NCBI GenBank assembly: GCA_002269645.1
Contig: NIVC01001233.1
Coordinates: forward strand, 1-64,000
Reading direction: 5' to 3'
Origin: Macrostomum lignano
Taxonomy: Eukaryota
DNA length: 64,000 nucleotides
Shown: positions 47,758-60,570 of the stretch, piece by piece
Layout of the letters: each line of letters begins with the position of its first letter
Position numbering within the stretch: position 1 is the first letter of the stretch
Notes under the pieces: model-generated
The model's input: the letters and a program-made list of their open reading frames with translations, nothing else
Told to the model about the DNA's origin: nothing
Database searches by the model: none
Made by a program: the position numbers and the translations under genes

Positions 47758-49465
47758 ACAGTCCGTTCCCTACTTAAAAAGACTGAACTGCAGGACCCAT
47801 ACAGCTTGTAACAGAGCTGAACAGTACGAATTACAGTAACTTAGTTCGATTTAATCAAACAAAATTGTTAGCGCAATAAAATGTAAAGGGCAGCGAAAGC
47901 AGCACTCTCAAGAAAAATTGTTTTTGAGTCAGTGTCGGATAATTTGCGTGCGAAAAATTTAGAGATTTTTTTACTAGCAACTGCTTCAGTACTGGTGTGC
48001 TTCAACCTTGAGTTCTTCGTGCTCAAGTGCTTCCTCATCCGTCTCATCGTTTCTCTATACCTTACGCCTCTTCCGTAGTCTATCGCTCCCAGAATCCAGC
48101 AGACTTGAAGCGGCTTGCCTGCAGCAATTTTCGCATGCAGAAGATCAGGCCAGAACTTATTCCCGCCGTGTGTGATAGCGACCGCCAGAAAAGAAACATC
48201 CGGTGGAAGCCTCGCGCTTCTTTACCTCTTTATCAAATCGTGCGAGTCAACTCATCCGCAATAGTGTCGTATCCAGGATGCATCGCGTTCTAGACAGCTG
48301 CGACTCAAGACACGACTGGATTGAATGGAGTCGCAAACACGTTGGAAGAAGTTGGTAGATAGATCTGAGGCAGAATCGCGCATAATTATATGCTTCTGGT
48401 TTCCGAGATGGATGACCTGATAGTCAAAACATGAGCTAAGGACGGCAGAGGAATCAGGGCCCAAGCTTCATTTTATCATGGTTGCTGGTTCATCTCAATC
48501 TCATCTCATGCTTCATTACAACGAAAGAGTTTCTTCATCCACTTAATTAGCAGCAGCACTGTCTGTTCTGTTCGCCCTTCTGCCATTTCAACTCTCCGCC
48601 ATTCTTCGGAGGGACCACGCCACAACAAGTAGACAGAAAGTTTTCCATGTCTGTCCCCCCGGGGGCAGCATCTTCATCTATAGTCCCCGTCCAAAACTAC
48701 ACCAAGGAGCCACCCCTCCAGACTCACCTCTTGGCCGGGAGTTCCGCCAGAATTCAATCGATGAGTGGCGGGGGGGAGCGCAGAGCAAGCCTGTCTGTCG
48801 TGGTTACCTCCAAGCTTACAAAGCTCAAAACCATTCATTTTCTGCATGCGCCATTTCTATGTTTGGAACTCACGGCTTAAATTTTCTGTAAGAAGCAGCT
48901 CCAGGTCCGCCACGCAGCCAAGGCCCCATGAGTAAGACCCCATGCAGATGGAGTCAAGGGGCCAGAAAAAGCGAAAGTGTCTCCACAACACAGTAGTAAC
49001 AAAAGAGCGGCACAGGCGGGCTGAGCCACTGCTTCAAAAAGGAAACCAAAAAGCAAATATCTCCTAGCATTGCAAACTTCTGTCACGCAAATTCCCTGTT
49101 CAAAGTTTAAACTTCTGCATTGCTAAGCTGCCTGTTTAGCCGGCTCTAACAGCCGCTTGTTTGCTCACGAGAGCGGCGGGGTTAACTTTTCTAGAATTGG
49201 CCAAGAAGATTTGCATGCATATGGTTGATTTTTTGTCAAGAAATTTTCTTACAAGTTGCGAAGGACGGCAAAAATCAGACTGGCCAACGTCTTCCAACTT
49301 AATATGCGCTGATATTAGTGCAAAGGGATTTGTCTAGCCTTGTCTGAGCAAAGCCACTCCCAGACTGACGCACCAAAAGGCCAAAATGTCACTACGAGAT
49401 GAGAATTCGCTGCACTAACTGACAGCTGAGCTCGAAATTTGCTTGCCACTAAAACTTGTTGGGCG

Positions 49466-49755
49466 AGTGCTCAATCACTGAACTGAGTACAGAGGGAGTG
49501 CTCAATCACTGAACTGAGCACAGAGGGAGTGCTCAATCACTGAACTGAGTACAGAGGGAGTGCTCAATCACTGAACTGAGCACAGAGGGAGTGCTCAATC
49601 ACTGAACTGAGCACAGAGGGAGTGCTCAATCACTGCACTGAGCACAGAACGAGTGCTCAATCTCTGAACTGAGCACAGAGCGAGTTCTCAATGACTGAAC
49701 TGAGCACAGAGCGAGTGCTCAATCACTGCACTGGGCACAGAGCGAGTGCTCAACC
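49466..49755. repeat. 31-bp minisatellite with an internal inverted repeat (gtgctca-atcactgaac-tgagcac)
   Basis: About 9 contiguous copies with no unique spacers. Confidence 0.9.
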
Positions 49756-51236
49756 TCTGAACCCACGCGAGCCAAAAAGAAAGCAGCTAGACATTGCGGA
49801 AAAAATGATATACGCAATGAAAATGACTTCAGCTACAAAGTGACTAATGTGTTTAACAATGAGATTTGGTTCGAATTTAAATTGTGTCAAGAACCGACTG
49901 TCTAGAATAAATCTGTAAAGTTCATATACTAAAAAACAGGACAGTAGGATCAAGCCAGCAAAAATATTTGAGCCTCCCTCAAGCTGCTCAAAACTCTATT
50001 GATCTGTCCGATCAACTGTAAAAAGCAAGAATCGATTAGTATCCCACAAACTCACCGAGAGAGATTTAGAGACAAGAGCTCAGACCTGTCCTGGTCTTTA
50101 ATTCTATACACAGAGACGGGCTCTGCTGCAGCTGACTTCGGGGACACAGGAAATCAGATGCGATCTGCCGCTGTAGCGACTGTCAATGGGGGTTATTTGA
50201 GAGGAAAAGACAAGCGGGAGGGCGGGAGACACAGAGTGAGAGGGAGAGAGGCGGTGACTATAGGCAGGCGGGATCTGTAGCCAATTGTGAGTCGCTAGCA
50301 ACCGCCGCTGCATCTCTGACTCCTGGAGAAAACACCCGCGATCCTCATGGGATCTGGCCGCAAAGAGGGCTCAACAGAGGATGGAATGGCGGCGTGGCCA
50401 AGTAAGATGGACAGGATATTGCTAGACAAATCTGGCCCAAGTAGCCATAGTCAAAGCAGAGAGAAGCTTCTGCAAAGTAAAGATTTAACCTTGACTAAAA
50501 ATTCAACCGAGTAAAAGTAGCGATAAAGAAGCTGACCGAAGATAGAAGAATCAAGAAAGATAAGTTGGCAAATAGGTCAGAGAAATGAGCAGATGGATGG
50601 CAGGGTACATGGAGACAGTATGTATACTTAGATGGGCTGCTGGATGCAAGTGGGAAGCTGTTAGCGCTAACTAGCGTCATCCGCATTGGAGTCAGGAACC
50701 GCACACACAACTGCAGTTTTCCCAAGAAGCGAGCGAGTCCCCCCCCCCTATTTGCTTTGACGCGGAGCAATGTGCAAGGCCTATAGAGAAGCGATGGCCT
50801 CAGAACGGACCAGCGCATCAACAAGATTTTGTCATTTCCCATCGTGTTGCAGAGCGGAATTCATTCCACCCCGCTGATGGCCCTGCTTGAGTTGTGTGCG
50901 GAAGAAAATTGGGAAATCTAGAAGGGAAAATTCCTGTTTTTCTCACCTTGAATCACCTCCTTTTAGGAGAAGCAATTTTAGCCTGAACTAGTTACTATGG
51001 GTGGTGTGTTGTTCCTGGCTGTGCAAACAAAAGTGAGAACGCTACTGAGTTGCTGCCGGTGTCAAATTAGCTACTTTACACAGCAGGGAAGAAGAGAGAA
51101 GAAGCACACGAAACATCAGGCAGTTGGTTCGGCAAGTTTCGAATTCTTCCTTAGGTTTTTGCAATTCGTACACGTGTGAGTTTTCACGACTACAGATTCC
51201 AGGAACTGTTTAAAGCGATTCTTTGCGACAGCGGAG

Positions 51237-51420
51237 GGCGATTCCCACAGACTGTTTAATAGGGAGATTCCCACAGACTGTTTAATAGGGCGATTCCCAC
51301 AGACTGTTTAATAGGGCGATTCCCACAGACTGTTTAATAGGGCGATTCCCACAGACTGTTTAATAGGGAGATTCCCACAGACTGTTTAATAGGGAGATTC
51401 CCACAAACTGTTTAGGGCGA
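51237..51420. repeat. 26-bp minisatellite (gggcgattcccacagactgtttaata)
   Basis: About 7 copies. Confidence 0.92.
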
Positions 51421-51724
51421 TTATTGGTCGAAAAAACGAAGTACTCTAAGAAATAGAGACTAAATTTGTGTCTCATTTCATTTGACACTTTCCACTGACA
51501 AGGGCAGACCGCCTTTATTTCACACAGACTAGAGCTAGAGGCTTGGATTCACGCAACACAGCACTTGCACTCTCGATTGCCTTGGTGCCTTGACCTACAA
51601 GAAGCAAGATTATGTTTCATGCGACTCCCGATTCTCAAGGGACTGAAGTGGCTCCAACTCCAAGCCTGGATTCCTGGAAAACTGAACCGACACAGAGAAG
51701 TAATAATGAAATACTCCTAACGAA

Positions 51725-51965
<241 letters not shown>

Positions 51966-52542
51966 ACACGGACAGATATTCCAGCTAGCCAATAAACATT
52001 GCTTTCCCATTGCACTCTCTCATCTCTGCGATATTTTTCTGAACTATTTTCGTCAGTTATCAAACCTTTTTAAAGTTAAACGAAAAAATATTTACGCGAG
52101 ATTTGAGACTGAGTCGAGCAGTTCGAATGCTACAGTGGGTCAGTGCAAAGGCGAGCTACATGGCATGTTGCATGGCAAATGGGCTTTATTACAGTTTACT
52201 CGAGTAGTTCCGTGCCGGAATCGGCGGGAATATAAGGTAATAAATTGACCGCTTGTGGAATATTTGTAGGGATCTCTTGCGTGTCACCGGCGAGGGTCTC
52301 GACAGGTGGCTCAGCCGAGCAGCTCAATCGCACCTAATCACGCCAGCTCACTGCATGCCAGGCTTGCAAAGGAAGCAGCAGCGGGGTTGGAAACAAGTTT
52401 GAATTACTTTGGTAGTTCTGCAACTGCTTTCTTGCTGGCTGCAGAGAGGCAATATTAGTGCTTTATTTTCTGACGCATTGATTCAGCAACAAAAATTGTG
52501 GAAATATTTTTTTAGGTACAATTATTATCGTCTCAAAAGTCT

Positions 52543-53275
52543 AGTGTGCAGCACTGCTGTGCCAGTGTGTGCAGCACTGCTGTGCCAGTGTGTGCAGCAC
52601 TGCTGTGCCAGTGTGTGCAGCACTGCTGTGCCAGTGTGTGCAGCGCTGCTGTGCCAGTGTGTGCAGCACTGCTGTGCCAGTGTGTGCAGCACTGCTGTGC
52701 CAGTGTGTGCAGCACTGCTGTGCCAGTGTGTGCAGCACTGCTGTGCCAGTGTGTGCAGCACTGCTGTGCCAGTGTGTGCAGCACTGCTGTGCCAGTGTGT
52801 GCAGCACTGCTGTGCCAGTGTGTGCAGCACTGCTGTGCCAGTGTGTGCAGCACTGCTGTGCCAGTGTGTGCAGCACTGCTGTGCCAGTGTGTGCAGCACT
52901 GCTGTGCCAGTGTGTGCAGCACTGCTGTGCCAGTGTGTGCAGCACTGCTGTGCCAGTGTGTGCAGCACTGCTGTGCCAGTGTGTGCAGCACTGCTGTGCC
53001 AGTGTGTGCAGCACTGCTGTGCCAGTGTGTGCAGCACTGCTGTGCCAGTGTGTGCAGCACTGCTGTGCCAGTGTGTGCAGCACTGCTGTGCCAGTGTGTG
53101 CAGCACTGCTGTGCCAGTGTGTGCAGCACTGCTGTGCCAGTGTGTGCAGCACTGCTGTGCCAGTGTGTGCAGCACTGCTGTGCCAGTGTGTGCAGCACTG
53201 CTGTGCCAGTGTGTGCAGCGCTGCTGTGCCAGTGTGTGCAGCACTGCTGTGCCAGTGTGTGCAGCACTGCTGTGC
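52543..53275. repeat. 23-bp minisatellite (gtgtgcagcactgctgtgccagt)
   Basis: About 32 copies with only two visible variant units (a>g at ~52644 and ~53220). Confidence 0.97.
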
Positions 53276-54747
53276 TTGCAGTCAAAATCATCAACTTTTA
53301 CATTTTGCGTTGCATACTACTCGTAGTACCACATTGAAGACAATTTGAAAAGCAACAAAAATGGTGTAAAAACTTTCACTTCTGGTATACAATGAGAGTG
53401 AAACAGAAGTAGTTGAACATTCCATATGATCGATATTATAGAATTGAAAATATGTGAAGATTTTACTCACCAACCCTGGCTTCGGGGTGTCCGGTCGCAT
53501 TCGGTTCATTGTGCCGCACCCAATGCTCCTAAAGTGAAAGTGGGTTGCTTCACTACACTGCATATTTGATAACTTCGCAGTAGCTATGTGTCTTGTGTCT
53601 CTAATAACGTCTTCTCTTTTCCCTTCTCCTTTCTCTCCCCTCCTCTTCCATTTTGTTTCTCCGCCTCTCCTCTCTTCTATCGCTCTTCCCTTTTCTCTAT
53701 TCCCTTTGACTATCTTCTCTCCCCTGTTTTGGCCTGCAGTCATACAATGAATTCTTTATCTGGCACTGGAGGTAAAAAGGAGCTCAAAATTTGGAAACAA
53801 ATGTAAAACATAGATGTATTGATTTCTCACCAGAGCTTGCCTTAACTCGAAATCGAATTAACAAAATGCAGACGTTTGTTTTTTGTAAAATTTCTGCAAC
53901 ACAAAAAGCACCGGCTAAAATAGAGAGACAGAGAGAGACAGAGAGAGTGAACGCAGAATGCGAGCTGCAGAACAGTAGTTGAGCACTGGAATTTATCGAG
54001 TAGAGAGGTCGTTTCCATGTTGCTACCCCGTGCAGACAGAGGCACTCGATCGCTGGCAAGCAGTTCAAGCGCTCCAGTTTGATTTTGGCCCGATCGATGG
54101 CCAACAGACCCCCACGGCTGACCCACCCCCGCCTCAATTTGAGTCCTTCGATCTGCGTGAATAGCTGCTATAGACATTTTCCATACTGTTTTCCCAAACG
54201 CTACTAAATTGAAGACTTCCACTGACTGAGCGAGCCTCCACTCTCGCATGTCTAACGGGCCTGGCATCGCCTGTCAAATTCCCTTAAAGCCTCCCAGTAA
54301 ATCTCTCCTCCCTATTCTGATTCGTGTCGTAGGATAAATCATTGTTTTTTATTAACTTTTTTGAATCAACGGTGCATTTTTTTTTTCATTGGCGACTGTC
54401 TACTAGTAGTAGTTTGACGATGCTTTTAAATAGATATTTTAGATGCCTCTACTATACTTCTTGTGAAATGACTGACTCATGACTAATAAATAATAGAGTT
54501 AATGAAGGAGCTGAAACTGAAGCTGAAGCTGAGCCAGTAAAAGCAAAGAATCAAGTGAGTTAAGGGGCACAGACCGCATCATGAACTAGGCAGGAAAGTA
54601 ACCCAGAGTTCATAGGCATAGTCGATGGCCAGACTACCTGGATATCTATCAAGTGATTATTGACATGGAGATATGTTCAAGGGCACCAGTTTCTTTAGCT
54701 ACCCGCTCACTATCTTTGAATCAGGAAATTTTACCCATCTTTGAGTT

Positions 54748-55412
54748 AGGGTGAGAGTCTGGGTGAGAGTCTGGAGTGGGAGTTTGGGGTGAGAGTCTGA
54801 GGTGAGAGTCTGGGGTGAGAGTCTGAGGTGAGAGTCTGGGGTGAGAGTCTGAGGTGAGAGTCTTGGGCGAGAGTCTGGGGTGAGAGTCTGGGGTGAGAGT
54901 CTGAGGTACGTGAGAGTCTGGGGTGAGAGTCTGAGGTACGTGAGAGTCTGGGGTGAGAGTCTGGGGTGAGAGTCTGGGGTGAGAGTCTGAGGTGAGAGTC
55001 TTGGGTGAGAGTCTGGGGTACGTGAGAGTCTGGGGTACGTGAGAGTCTGGGGTACGTGAGAGTCTGGGGTGAGAGTCTGGGGTGAGAGTCTGGGGTGAGA
55101 GTCTGGGGTGAGAGTCTGGGGTGAGAGTCTGGGGTGAGAGTCTGGGGAGAGAGAGTCTGGGGTGAGAGTCTGGGGTGAGAGTCTGGGGTGAGAGTCTTGG
55201 GTGAGAGTCTGGGGTACGTGAGAGTCTGGGGTGAGAGTCTGGGGTACGTGAGAGTCTGGGGTGAGAGTCTGGGGTGAGAGTCTGGGGTGAGAGTCTGGGG
55301 TGAGAGTCTGGGGTGAGAGTCTGGGATGAGAGTCTGAGGTGAGAATCTTGGGTGAGAGTCTGGGGTACGTGAGAGTCTGGGGTGAGAGTCTGAGTGAGAG
55401 TCTGGGGAGAGA
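54748..55412. repeat. G-rich 14-bp minisatellite (gtgagagtctgggg)
   Basis: More than 40 copies, with a tac-insertion variant and a gagg variant. Confidence 0.94.
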
Positions 55413-56454
55413 GAGTCCAGCCGAACCAAGCGAGCCTCGCCCTTAACAGTCCTCCGTCCAAAGCGTGGGAGCGGTCGCGCATGGCAGTTTGGTCCGGACA
55501 GCGGTTAAGGATGAAGGCGGTTTCGCTTACTACAATTCTCTCCTTAGCGACTGAGCATTGAGCAACAGAAGCAAAGGAAACTTACCCTCAAGCTGCCCTG
55601 CATGAATAGAAATTGCAAAGTTGAAAGCTATAATATGAAGCCTGGCAGTGCAGGCGTGTCAACTTTTATCTTCACTCGAGACCATGAGCTCTGGCCGTGC
55701 GACCCACCGCCCAGCCAATGGTGAGACGGAGCAGGCAGTAGGACGTACCAACAAAAACGCAGGTTATGTGGGGGGGGTGGGGAGAAACAGTAAGCATTAG
55801 CTCGAATCAGGGAGTGAATCCTTTGTCGCCAGAAGGTTTCGGAGGAGTAGCCGCGATGAATTGATGTAGACTGACGCAAGGACGGTCAAGGGATCGGTAG
55901 ATGCGGCGTGCTGGCTGTGGCTATCGACTTCCAGCTGAATTGGCCAATTTTTGAGCAGCCAGCCGGACAGAGATGCGCTGTGTGCGCCTTTTTCCCCGGC
56001 AACATCCGGGCCCCGCCTGATCCCACCCCTTGGCGGCCCATCCCGGCCGCACCCCGGCTTAAACCCACCCCGATTCCCTCTGCCCCCGATTCCTTATCCC
56101 TTGCACTGGCCTCCTTTCTCCTGCTGCCTCTGTCAGGGGGAGACCAAGCATTCGCCCCCCCCCCAGCAGCGATACTCCTCCAAAACTATGCATGCACAGC
56201 TCATGAGCACGCGTTCTGGTCGTTAGCGGTTTGAAAGAAGTTCCTCCGTTCAATCCGGGCCATGAGATCCATCATGGCTATCTCAATCTAAGGATCTTCG
56301 ATGCCCCCCACTGCTCGACCTTCCGGCTTCTTCAGAGTAGGGCCAGCTTCCGGCCTGGGGGGCATGGAAGTCAGAATTTGCATTTCTCTATCAATTATTA
56401 TTTCCTGCACGCTATTCATGGGGCAGTGGAGCCTTGGGACTTCAATCCTAGATA

Positions 56455-56745
56455 ATAGTAGATTCGATAGTGGTTAGAGGACTCACGACTCAAAAGGTCG
56501 GGGGTTCGATTCTCGATCCACTCGAAACAATTTGTGCCCTTGAGCAAGACACTTAACTCTGCCATGCTTCAGTTCACCCAGCTGTAAAATAGGTGCCAGC
56601 ATTAGCTGGGGTAATTGAGGGTGTGTGGTGACCCCCAGTCCTTGGACTGAACAGCCGTAAGCAGCCTTCAGATGCGCTGCGCAATAGCTGCGGCTGAGCT
56701 GTCGGTTGCACATCTGGCCATTAGGACAGGTGTAATAAGAAAAAT
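56455..56745 (+). mobile_element. tRNA-headed CORE-like SINE (family 1), second copy
   Basis: tagtggttagag..ggttcgattc..gtgcccttgagcaagacacttaactc..ctgtaaaat..cagccttcagatgcg..ggttgcacatctggccatt aligns with the reverse complement of 7135-7445. Confidence 0.8.
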
Positions 56746-57979
56746 TAGTCAGGACTCAAAAGCCAACATCTACTCCTAGAATTGAAACACTAAAAGGGAT
56801 CTCACACATCTAAAAGCGTTTCAATATGTACAAACTTCCTACTGAGTAAATGCAGAAGAAAAGTAGATAGCTTTAGAATAGAACAGATTGCTCGCAAGTT
56901 GAATTGAATATCATTTTAAAAGATTGGAAGCATGACCGCTTGGGCTCCGGCTGCACACTCTTCATGGCAATCGGCCGCCATGGTGGCCTGTGTTGGAACT
57001 GCTTGTGGAGACGCGGGCAGCTCTCACTTGACGCGGAGCTGCAGGCATTTAACGAAGGCGCAAATAAAGCTGCAAACCTGCTCTGGTCCTGCGCAGGGCC
57101 CGCCCGGGCGAATGTGCTGTAATGCGATACTCGGCACCAGCTTTGGGCGGGGTGGGGGGGACGTCGGGGCTCGGGTTTCCCCGGCTCCCAGTCGCCCTCG
57201 ACACGCCTCGCGTGCCTGCGCCTTCCAAATGCGCCCATGCACCTCCCCCCTAATTACCGTGGCTTATTTAGCATGAATTCATTCCCACCGATTAATTCCT
57301 CGCTGACATCGCGCCCCGGGCAGGACTGGCTGACGCATTAACAACTTGCTCGGCTCAATATAATATCGCATGATTGGATATTGGTAACTTGACGTGTCTT
57401 CGTCGCCATTCTCAATTACACACAACACGATCTCCTCGCTGCGAAGATGCAACTTCTTTGTCTGTTTGTTCCGCAGTGTATTTATTGCATTGCTCATGAC
57501 TTGAATTCTGACACACGTGAGAAAGTGAGATTTTAGTCAAGGAAATTAACAAACAAGATCCAAAATATGCGACCGGAAGTCATTGGATAACATCAGGAAC
57601 ACGGAGCCTGTACTCAACTAGCAAAATCCAACTCAACTTTGCGCAATGAAAATTTCCATCAGAGCTGATTAATTATTACCCATTAACTGTCAGCTCGTCT
57701 TGTTGTGAACGAACGTGCTTCTGCATACTCGTAAAAATCCTAATGTACAAGCCTATTTTCATATTGCTCTCGTCATCAAACACGCATGCCAGCATCTGCT
57801 GACTCGAGGAAGCCTTGCTCTAAATCGAATGCAGACAACAGGATCGGTTCGGCTGCTATTTAAAAAATACGTTTGTAAACAAATCTTATCAGAGTTCATA
57901 AGCACCTGATAAAAAAAACTGTGGCGGGCACACCAGATCGCTAAAATTCCGATATTAACGAAAGTCAAGAAAAAATTTT

Positions 57980-58495
57980 GCTATGGACAAGATTCTAATG
58001 CTATGGACAAGATTTTAATGCTATGGACAAGATTTTAATGCTATGGACAAGATTCTAATGCTATGGACAAGATTCTAATGCTACAGACAAGATTTGAGTG
58101 CCACAGACAAGATTTGAGTGCCACAGACAAGATTTCAGTGCTACAGACAAGATTTCAGTGCCACAGACAAGATTTCAGTGCCACAGACAAGATTTCAGTG
58201 CTACAGACAAGATTTCAGTGCCACAGACAAGATTTCAGTGCTACAGACAAGATTTGAGTGCCACAGACAAGATTTGAGTGCCACAGACAAGATTTCAGTG
58301 CCACAGACAAGATTTGAGTGCCACAGACAAGATTTGAGTGCCACAGACAAGATTTCAATGCCACAGACAAGATTTCAGTGCCACAGACAAGATTTGAGTG
58401 CCACAGACAAGATTTGAGTGCCACAGACAAGATTTCAGTGCCACAGACAAGATTTCAGTGCCACAGACAAGATTTGAGTGCCACAGACAAGATTC
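57980..58495. repeat. 20-bp minisatellite (gccacagacaagattt(c/g)agt) with a divergent left end
   Basis: About 26 copies; the first five read gctatggacaagatt(c/t)taat. Confidence 0.95.
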
Positions 58496-59129
58496 TTTTC
58501 CTGGGTTTTTAATTGGCCACCTTGACCTATAGTATTGTATATCGGGTCTTCGATTGCAGTTGAGTATAATTTGAGGGGGGCGGCGCCCCATCTGACTTTT
58601 TACGACAGTCACGCCCTCAATTTACAGACAGCGGTCCCCGGAGCACAATATTTACACTTGAGAGTATAGCCTCGATACAGTAGCAGCCAAGGAAATTAGA
58701 TCTGGGCCCCAGCTAGTATTCAGGCTGCCTGCCCGTTTAAGTCTACAAGCTACATGTAAATTTGATATTCTTCGACGGTTGTAGCACTCTGAAAATGTGC
58801 AGCCTTACTAAAGATTCTCTATAGTAAGCTATTGCTAATTACACATTACACTGCCTTTGTGCCTGCTTTTCTGTTCACTATCTACGATATTGCTTCGATG
58901 CGACATTCACAGCTGTCTTGCGAAAAGCGTCCCCATTTAGACAAGTGCCGCACACGCGCGGTCCTTGTTTTAGGACACGCAAAATCATTGATCGATCAGT
59001 GAGAATAAGCCTGGAGTGAGTGGAGATTGTACTGCGGCTAGGACTGCTATAGGAGCCAGCAGAGCCAACAATCCATCTTAGTTGGTACAAATTATGCACA
59101 GTTGGGCAAAGCTGCCGCTTTGTCGGTGC

Positions 59130-59560
59130 TCCCAGTTTCTTCTGCATGCTGCCTCATCAGCGAATTTCTCTTCAGCTTCCCCTGTACGCAATGCCTGCCT
59201 CATCAGCCAGCTGCTCACAGAGCTTCCCCTGTACGCAATGCCTGCCTCATCAGCCAGCTGCTCACAGAGCTTCCTCTGTACATAATGCCTGCCTCATCAA
59301 CCAGCTGCTCACGCAGCTTCCTCTGTACGCAATGCGTCTCATCAGCCAGCTGCTGATCAGTTTCTTCTGTAAGCTTGCCTCATCAGTGAGCTGCTCACCA
59401 GCTTCCTCTGTAAGCTTGCCTCATCAGTGAGCTGCTCACCAGCTTCCGCTGTAAGCTTGCCTCATCAGTGAGCTGCTCACCAGCTTCCTCTGTAAGCTTG
59501 CCTCATCAGTGAGCTGCTCACCAGCTTCCTCTGTAAGCTTGCCTCATCAGTGAGCTCAGT
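59130..59560. repeat. Compound 47-bp/41-bp minisatellite sharing gcctcatcag..agctgctcac..agcttcc
   Basis: About 4 units of 47 bp, then about 4-5 units of 41 bp. Confidence 0.85.
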
Positions 59561-59944
59561 CAGCGTTATGACATTAAGAACGAAAAACGAAAAACCAATC
59601 AGCAAATTCTTTGGATTGTGTAAAGCATATTCAATAAAACCATAACAAGAGCGTTAAGTATCAGATAAAAACGTGTAATTGGTTATACAGGTAAAAACTG
59701 ATCGGGAAGAGAAGCTATTGCACACAAAAATCATAAATAAAATATAGTTAGAAAGCGTTAATCAGAGTCAGTCGGGATATTCCCAGACATGACTGGACAA
59801 AACTTGTCCATTAAAATTGGAATGCTTTAAAATAAAAATCAATAAATATAAATTACACGATTTGAAAATGATATTGACTGATTAAAGCTAAGCACATAGA
59901 TGCTGGTCGAATGGAAACATATTATAAAATAAGGAATTATTTGC

Positions 59945-60450
59945 TGGTCACTCCGCTACCCCACTCCAGGACTCTATGGTCACTCCGCTACCCCACTCCA
60001 GGACTCTATGGTCACTCTGCTACCCCACTTCAGGACTCTATGGTCACTCCGCTACCCCACTTCAGGACTCTATGGTCACTCCGCTATCCTCAATCCAGGA
60101 CTCTATGGTCACTCCGCTACCGAACTCCAGGACTCTATGGTCACTCCGCTATCCCCAATCCAGGACTCTATGGTCACTCCGCTATCCCCACCCCAGGAAT
60201 CTATGGTCACTCCGCTATCTCCACCCCAGGAATCTATGGTCACTCCGCTATCCCCACCCCAGGACTCTATGTTCACTCCGCTATCCCCACTCCAGGACTC
60301 TATGGTCACTCCGCTATCCCCACTCCAGGACTCTATGTTCACTCTGCTATCCCCACTCCAGGACTCTATGGTCACTCCGCTATCCCCACTCCAGGACTCT
60401 ATGTTCACTCTGCTATCCCCACTCCAGGACTCTATGGTCACTCCGCTACC
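59945..60450. repeat. 32-33-bp minisatellite (caggactctatggtcactccgctatccccactc)
   Basis: About 15 copies. Confidence 0.93.
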
Positions 60451-60570
60451 ATAGGTCTCTCTGTGGTCATTCGACTGCCCCACCCAATGTGAATCTCAGT
60501 CTGTGTACCCGCTATTCTCCCTTAATGCTCTTGACCGACAAAGCTTTCATTCCACCCTTTAACTTAAAAG

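Noticed and set aside
49466-49755. CRISPR-like palindromic repeat array
   Set aside because: The units are contiguous with no unique spacers, no cas genes are present, and the context is eukaryotic.
50300-50420. SWDLAAKRAQQRMEWRR, resembling the C-terminus of RTE-type LINE ORF2
   Set aside because: Too short, with no adjacent RT homology visible.
52409-53348. Long Cys-rich and His-rich ORFs resembling metallothionein or keratin-associated proteins
   Set aside because: They are translations of a 23-bp DNA repeat open in all frames; the periodicity is at the DNA level with no synonymous variation.
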